Source of the DNA: a virus
Taxonomy: Duplodnaviria; Caudoviricetes
IMG/VR virus record: IMGVR_UViG_3300011008_000028
Length of the DNA stretch: 64,000 nt
Reading direction: 5' to 3' (one strand)
Shown here in pieces: positions 58,275-64,000 of the stretch (position 1 is its first letter; each line of letters starts with the position of its first letter). The notes beneath the pieces are model-generated. The model ran no database searches and had not been told where the DNA came from. It saw nothing but the letters and a program-made list of their open reading frames with translations. A program made the translations under genes and the position numbers.

Positions 58275-60581
58275 TTATTCCTCTGTTTCTTGGACGGATT
58301 TGATATCCTCATTTGAGATCTTAGCCTCATCAACCTTCTGCTGAAGTTTCTCCTCAGGAGTCTTTGCATCGATGTCCTCAAAGATTTGATCAAGTTTAGC
58401 AAAGTCAAGCTGTGGCAGATTTATCTCTGCAAGCTTCCGTCTAAGAAGAACTCTCTTTATTGTTGCATTGCCATCTTTATCTTCCAGATCACTCTTCTTG
58501 AAGTTGGTACTTTCAATGAGCTCTACTGTGGTATTGAAGTTAGTAATCATATCATTATTGATTACCAGCTCAGGCTGCTTAATCTGATTGAATTGGAATC
58601 GGAACGATCTCACGATTTCATCCGGTATATCCGTCTCATATTTAATAAGTCTCTGATACAGCTGGGTGATACCATCATTCATATCGATCTTATATGAAGA
58701 TACGGTTGATAGGTATCGGCTGTTTGCAATCTCCATTGTCTTTGCGAAGTCAACTTCATCAATTGCATTGATGATCATCAGGCTTGGGTTACCTGTACCA
58801 GACAGAGCCTGTCTGCGATGAATGTCCAGGAAGTCATTATCAAATGGACGTTCAACCGCCGGAACGGTCTCGATATCGAACGGTTTGAAATCGCCACGTC
58901 CCGAAGGAAGTACTACTTCACCCATACCACCTATCTTATTCAATACTCCGGAGTATGAATAGATATCATCAATGGTAATTCTTCTGGACTGCAGCTTGCG
59001 CATCAACCTCTGTATTGAAGGAGCATAGTCCTTATTCAAACCAGATGACCTCATCTGATAGTAACGGATGGTGTTGTTATTCAGAGTATACATCAGGTTG
59101 TACATTACCAGCATCAGATATGTTCTGGCGGGGAATAGAGACGGCTCCAATACGGAATGTCCTCTACCGTTCTCATCTTCGTTAATTACCAGACGAACAA
59201 CTTCAGATTCAGGAATATATATGAAGGAGAGTTTTCCTTCGGAGAACTTGTGAGCCATTATGATATCGGCTATCTCATTCTTGAGCTTGATATTCTTCTC
59301 CAGAACCTTCTTGTCGAAAGATCTGATAATGATGTTCGCCAGTGTCTCGACCATGTTCCGATCACGGGTATATGTCTGGTATGACAGATCAACAATGCCA
59401 TTCGGATTCGCCGGGTTAGTCTGAAGATCCATCGTGGTACTAATATAATAGTATCCGATAATTCTTCGATCGATTCTGATTGGAACCATCCTCAATCCAT
59501 CCAGATACCGGATGTAACAGCCTTTGATCTGGGAATATGCAGAAAAGTCAATCGCGTCCTGATCAACATTATCGAAGATAGAATTTCCACTGTTGTGGAA
59601 TGATTGATTCATTGCTTCATTGAAATGTTGATCCTGTGATGTTGGACAGTGTCTCTTATACTCTTTATATTCGGATATCAATGTCTCTTTCAATCCATCA
59701 TATCCATATTCTGAATATAATAGAGATGAGCCATTACATACTTCAATATTCTCCAGCAGACTGGACAGTTCCCCGCTTACAACAGTTGAAGTCTTCAGTG
59801 TTGCTTTGCCCGTTTCAACTTTCGCATCAAGAGTTGCTTCCCGAGCACTTGCAGCCGTAACAGCTTCGGTCAGAACCTTAATGTTCTCTTCAGAGTTGAG
59901 GTTCTTGATAGGTCTGAATCCCTGAGCAATACCACTGGGGACCGACTCTTTGAAATGTTTCCGAGCATTTGTAATCTCATGGGAATCATGTAATGCTTCC
60001 AATTCAGCGAAGAGCTTGGCGAACGGTACCACATGGGCATACATTTCACCATGCATCAACGTCTTCATTACAAGAGTATTCTTGATTGCAATGAGAAGTC
60101 GATGTCTCTTTTCAATCTCATTTACTTGGTCAAGAAGAGTGTCATCATCAGAATGATTTTCGAATGTTAACGAACGGGATACCTCACCTGTTGCGACATT
60201 GCATTCAATGATGTTATCGCGCATCATTTTAATGGCGTCCTGCATCTCAGGCATCTGGGTGCAAATGTTGTATATATCACGCCTCAGAAGAAGTTCATTC
60301 TGATTCAAAACATCTGCTGAAATGTAATCACCCTTGATCCCATCAAGAATGGATTTCATCACGTCTTCATCATTCTGCCCTGTATTATATTCACCCATTC
60401 GTTTGATGAACCCGTCATCATCAAATGCGTTAGAGTTATATGATTTTAAAGCGTCAGACAATGTCTGATTGAACATGGAGGCAATATGGTCCAGATCCTT
60501 TTCGGGGACGGCACCTGTCGTTCGGCCGATATCATCCTCCAATTCCCGAATTATATCATCCCTTGTCGGCATTTGAATCAT
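58275..60581 (-). CDS. Portal protein (jumbo phage type)
   Basis: 768 aa; MPEMQDAI..MRDNII, LMHGEMY, GHSVLEPS, ALSGTGNPS match portal helical/clip landmarks. Confidence 0.62.
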   Translation of the reverse strand: MIQMPTRDDIIRELEDDIGRTTGAVPEKDLDHIASMFNQTLSDALKSYNSNAFDDDGFIKRMGEYNTGQNDEDVMKSILDGIKGDYISADVLNQNELLLRRDIYNICTQMPEMQDAIKMMRDNIIECNVATGEVSRSLTFENHSDDDTLLDQVNEIEKRHRLLIAIKNTLVMKTLMHGEMYAHVVPFAKLFAELEALHDSHEITNARKHFKESVPSGIAQGFRPIKNLNSEENIKVLTEAVTAASAREATLDAKVETGKATLKTSTVVSGELSSLLENIEVCNGSSLLYSEYGYDGLKETLISEYKEYKRHCPTSQDQHFNEAMNQSFHNSGNSIFDNVDQDAIDFSAYSQIKGCYIRYLDGLRMVPIRIDRRIIGYYYISTTMDLQTNPANPNGIVDLSYQTYTRDRNMVETLANIIIRSFDKKVLEKNIKLKNEIADIIMAHKFSEGKLSFIYIPESEVVRLVINEDENGRGHSVLEPSLFPARTYLMLVMYNLMYTLNNNTIRYYQMRSSGLNKDYAPSIQRLMRKLQSRRITIDDIYSYSGVLNKIGGMGEVVLPSGRGDFKPFDIETVPAVERPFDNDFLDIHRRQALSGTGNPSLMIINAIDEVDFAKTMEIANSRYLSTVSSYKIDMNDGITQLYQRLIKYETDIPDEIVRSFRFQFNQIKQPELVINNDMITNFNTTVELIESTNFKKSDLEDKDGNATIKRVLLRRKLAEINLPQLDFAKLDQIFEDIDAKTPEEKLQQKVDEAKISNEDIKSVQETEE

Positions 60582-60631
60582 CTCCTTTTAATTACGAATT
60601 TACATTCCGGTGCGGTAAGAATGCATGTTTA

Positions 60632-60666
60632 AATCAAGAAGGGACTGTAAAAGTCCCTTCTTGATT
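60632..60666. terminator. Hairpin
   Basis: aatcaagaagggact-gtaaa-agtcccttcttgatt. Confidence 0.65.
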
Positions 60667-60672
60667 GTCATG

Positions 60673-61929
60673 TTATTTAGATGAATCAATGACCAGGGTT
60701 TTCGTATCCTCGAGTGCCTTAGAGAGATTGGCAAGCTTCTTCAGAATTGCTTCCTTAGATGATGCCGCGTTTGTTTCGCCATCGGATGCATTCATTTCTC
60801 CAAGCTTGTCCTTAACAGCTGCTGTCACGACATTGTCCGTCTGAGCAGTATCTGCAGCAGGTTCCTCAGCAGGAGTATCAGTTGAATCAGTATCAGCTGC
60901 TGCATCTCCGCCATCGTCGCCTATGGATATTGCCTCGACGAACTTGTCAAGAATTCCAGCAGATTCAAGCTTTGCTTTGAACCCAGGGAGCATTGCGTTC
61001 TTGATCTGATCAGGTGTCATACCGTTGACATCACCAATCTTGTCAAAGATAACCTTGGGCTTTTCCTCTTTATTCTCCGTCTTCGGAGTTGTCTTAGTTT
61101 CAGTTTCTTCTGTTTTAGATTCAGGGTCCTTGGATTCCTCCTTGGGTTCTTCTTCCTTAGACTCTTCAGTTGGAGCAGCGGGTGCAGGATCGCCACACTC
61201 TTCCTTGGTTTCTTCCTCTGCAGATTCCTTCTTCTCGGGTTCATCGTCTATCTCTTCATCAAGAAGATCTTTGGCCTCTTTGAACTCATCCGTCTTCTCC
61301 GTAGGAGTAGCAGCTTCTCTCTTCTTTTCTTCACCCTTTTCTTCCTTCTTGGCTACACCATTGGGATCAGGGATTTCAACTTCCTCATCAATAGGAAGGT
61401 CAAGAAGATCTGTCGCTTCATCCTCAGGGACAGGATCTCTGGAGTCTTCGGGTTCCGCAACATCTGCTGTACCGAAGCCAGAATCAACCTTCTGAGCATC
61501 TCCTTCAGGGACGACATCTGCAGCACCTGCAGGTGGTGTAGGAAGAATGTCCTTGGGAGTATTCGACTGAAGATCAATGTCCATAGAGAGGAGATCCGAG
61601 TCTCCAAGCTGAGCAGGTTCTCCTGTCTGTGCTCCTATGGGCTCAGGAAGAGTCTCTCCTCCTTCAGGATTTTCAGCCGGTGCAGGTTTGCCTTCAGCAG
61701 GGGGTTCAGCACCATCTTCAGGAGTATCCTCCTTAGGTTCCTCTGTGGAAGCATCCCCTTCCTTAGACTCTTCTTCATTGCCTTCTTCCTTCTCAGGGAG
61801 CTCCAGTTCATCAGGGCCTTCACTGATAAGAATTAGCGAATCGTCAAGCTCTGTATCTTCAAGAAGAAGATCAGCTGCTTCATTGAATGTTTTCTTTTCC
61901 TTAATCAAGGATTTAATGGTATCAAGCAT
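60673..61929 (-). CDS. Highly acidic scaffold-like/head protein
   Basis: 418 aa, E/D/P-rich; FNEA, FKEA, KLESA, FVEA motifs. Confidence 0.5.
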   Translation of the reverse strand: MLDTIKSLIKEKKTFNEAADLLLEDTELDDSLILISEGPDELELPEKEEGNEEESKEGDASTEEPKEDTPEDGAEPPAEGKPAPAENPEGGETLPEPIGAQTGEPAQLGDSDLLSMDIDLQSNTPKDILPTPPAGAADVVPEGDAQKVDSGFGTADVAEPEDSRDPVPEDEATDLLDLPIDEEVEIPDPNGVAKKEEKGEEKKREAATPTEKTDEFKEAKDLLDEEIDDEPEKKESAEEETKEECGDPAPAAPTEESKEEEPKEESKDPESKTEETETKTTPKTENKEEKPKVIFDKIGDVNGMTPDQIKNAMLPGFKAKLESAGILDKFVEAISIGDDGGDAAADTDSTDTPAEEPAADTAQTDNVVTAAVKDKLGEMNASDGETNAASSKEAILKKLANLSKALEDTKTLVIDSSK

Positions 61930-62277
61930 GATTTATTTCTCCTTTGCTATAAATTTTTAAAATCAATGACTCATCGATATGAGGATTATTAAACAGTCAC
62001 CCTTTATATATAAATAGTATTTAGTACGCGTTGAAGTACCCAATCATAAATTCCTAGAAAGGGTGTGAAATATATGGATGGAGTAATGACAATATTGACA
62101 AAATCTATCATACGTAAACGTCAACAACCAGAGAAGACCGAAAAGAACCGGAACAAAGTGACCGTACGGTCACGAACAGGCTTAGTATTAGCCATGCAAG
62201 GAGACAGAATATCAGATGAAATCGCTCGGGTTCTATTATCAGATAACCCAAATGAAAAGTGAAAGGAGATATTTGTT

Positions 62278-62460
62278 ATGATAAACCCAAAAAACATAGA
62301 CTTCACAAACCCAGATTCAATCAAGAATCTTCCACCAGAGTTTCTCAAGGAGATGGCGGATGGAAGAGATGAAAACGAAAAGCTGGCAGCTATTACTAAG
62401 TCGGCCTTAGATCTGGCATCCATAGCCATCAATGAAGCAAAAAAAGAAAGGAGTTGGTAA
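62278..62460 (+). CDS. Small hypothetical protein
   Basis: AAGGAG RBS; directly upstream of the amidase. Confidence 0.5.
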   Translation: MINPKNIDFTNPDSIKNLPPEFLKEMADGRDENEKLAAITKSALDLASIAINEAKKERSW

Positions 62461-62463
62461 CTA

Positions 62464-64000
62464 ATGGCTGCAACGCAAAAGTTCACTAACTCAGGATTGG
62501 TTACCTATACCAAGCTGAGTTCACATCATTCCGGCCAACGAGTTCAAAACATAGACACAATAACACCTCACTGCATGGCAGGTAATATGACTGCTGAAAA
62601 CTGTGCAAACTTCTTTGCATCTGATTATACCCAGGCATCTTCCCAATACACCATCGGTTCTGATGGACATATTGCATTATCTGTAGAAGAAAAGAATAGG
62701 TCATGGTGTTCTTCATCCAACGCAAATGACCAGAGAGCTGTCACGATCGAAGTTGCCAACTTGACAACATCTGAGCCATTCCCTGTTTCAGCTCAGGCAT
62801 GGAACGCTCTTGTCGACCTCTGTACGGATGTATGCCAGAGGAATAGCATCAAGGAGCTCAAGTGGAAAGCCGATAAGACCCTGATAGGTCAGCCGGATAA
62901 ACAGAACATCACTGTTCATCGTTGGTTCACCAACAACCGCTCCTGCCTTCCTATCGACACGAAGGTACTTCGTAGACCCTCCAAGGATGCTGTATATGTA
63001 GATGATGATCATACCGTCTCTGGGGACTGGATCACCTTGGAAGATATTCAACTCAATGATGAAATCCTTTCTGTAAATGATAACGGTGAAATCGTTGGTT
63101 GGTATCCTGTGTTGGACAAGATTGAGATCGAGCCTGATAGAGTGTATGAATTCCAATGTGGTCTTACAGCTACTGGAGATCATAAGCTTCTCGTCAAGAG
63201 ATCTCCTACCGAAAGCACATACGCTACGATGTCGGTGGATGAGATTCTGGATGAAATGGACAAGATAGGAACTTCCTTCTATGTACCATTCTTGGATCCT
63301 ACGGTTACCGACATTCCTCTAGGTAATATAACCAGAACTTATAGCACAGAAGTTTCCTGTGTGACTGTATCTTCTGGTTATATTTTCATCAAGCAGAATG
63401 ACAAAAAGTTCTATGTAGGTAATTGTCCTGGTGAATACATGTATTCCAGAATGGGTCAATTGGCATCCGAAGTCAATGCAAAGTTGAAGGCCAAGAGTCA
63501 GGAATTGTCCACAACAACTACAAACAATCTCACCAAGATGACCAACGAGGAATTTGTTCAATCCTATCTCAAGGGCAAACAGCTTAATGACTATGCAATC
63601 TGTGCAATTATGGGCTGTATGCAGGCTGAGTCCGGATTCATTCCGAACAACCTTGAGAATACAAAAGAAAAGACCCTGAACCTCACGGATACAACATATA
63701 CTCTTGCAGTTGATAAGGGAGCATATCCTAACTTCGCAAAGGACGGTGCCGGATATGGTCTTTGTCAATGGACATATTCTGTTGGCAAACAGAGACTCCT
63801 TGACTTCGCTAGACAGAGAAAGAAGTCTGTAGGAGATCTGTATACCCAGTGCGAATTCTTCTGGTGGGATCTCAATAACAACTTCAAGAATCTTAAGACG
63901 AAACTTGTTGCAGCAAAGTCTGTTGCAGAAGCTCTTAGAGCATTCCTTGATACTTATGAATATGGCGGACATGCTCCGGATAATATCTATAACAAGAGAC
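62464..64000 (+). CDS. Cell-wall hydrolase: N-acetylmuramoyl-L-alanine amidase (Amidase_2) with intein + phage tail lysozyme domain; runs off the window
   Basis: Hand translation: TITPHCMAG, ASSQYTIG, VTIEVAN, TVHRWF..RS|CPG; later AIMGCMQAESG...GYGLCQWT. Confidence 0.88.
   Translation, partial: MAATQKFTNSGLVTYTKLSSHHSGQRVQNIDTITPHCMAGNMTAENCANFFASDYTQASSQYTIGSDGHIALSVEEKNRSWCSSSNANDQRAVTIEVANLTTSEPFPVSAQAWNALVDLCTDVCQRNSIKELKWKADKTLIGQPDKQNITVHRWFTNNRSCLPIDTKVLRRPSKDAVYVDDDHTVSGDWITLEDIQLNDEILSVNDNGEIVGWYPVLDKIEIEPDRVYEFQCGLTATGDHKLLVKRSPTESTYATMSVDEILDEMDKIGTSFYVPFLDPTVTDIPLGNITRTYSTEVSCVTVSSGYIFIKQNDKKFYVGNCPGEYMYSRMGQLASEVNAKLKAKSQELSTTTTNNLTKMTNEEFVQSYLKGKQLNDYAICAIMGCMQAESGFIPNNLENTKEKTLNLTDTTYTLAVDKGAYPNFAKDGAGYGLCQWTYSVGKQRLLDFARQRKKSVGDLYTQCEFFWWDLNNNFKNLKTKLVAAKSVAEALRAFLDTYEYGGHAPDNIYNKR
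62944..63423 (+). mobile_element. 160-aa mini-intein in the amidase
   Basis: Starts CLPIDTKV, block B TATGDHKLL, block F EVSCVTV, ends FYVGN before the Cys of CPG. Confidence 0.88.

Noticed and set aside
1-64000. CRISPR array, rRNA, reverse transcriptase, integrase or transposase
   Set aside because: No repeat-spacer periodicity or diagnostic motifs were seen by eye in this window.

Overview
A 64-kb segment of an AT-rich jumbo myophage genome, most consistent with the phiKZ/AR9-type lineage that carries split multisubunit RNA polymerases. Strong AGGAGG ribosome-binding sites and a Firmicutes-type amidase suggest a Firmicutes host (inference). The standard genetic code reads cleanly. Virion genes: a probable major capsid protein, portal, baseplate and tube-like proteins, a tail fibre, and many acidic or amphipathic head proteins with E-A/E-S maturation-like motifs. 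Enzymes: DnaB, an SF2 helicase with a mini-intein, dTMP kinase, ThyX, a GroEL-like chaperonin, RusA and SbcD/Mre11. An RNAP beta-like gene is split by two group I introns, and an amidase-lysozyme has an intein inserted at its zinc-ligand Cys. There is a six-tRNA array. The most unusual signal is two homologous ~190-nt intergenic cassettes 25 kb apart (9562-9750 minus; 34362-34547 plus). Each holds a DGR variable/template-repeat-like 123-nt core (GALFGG...IGARLSLKPT). The two cores differ almost only at adenine-type positions, yet neither belongs to a target gene and no reverse transcriptase is in the window. All functional calls come from motif recognition by eye; no database search was run.
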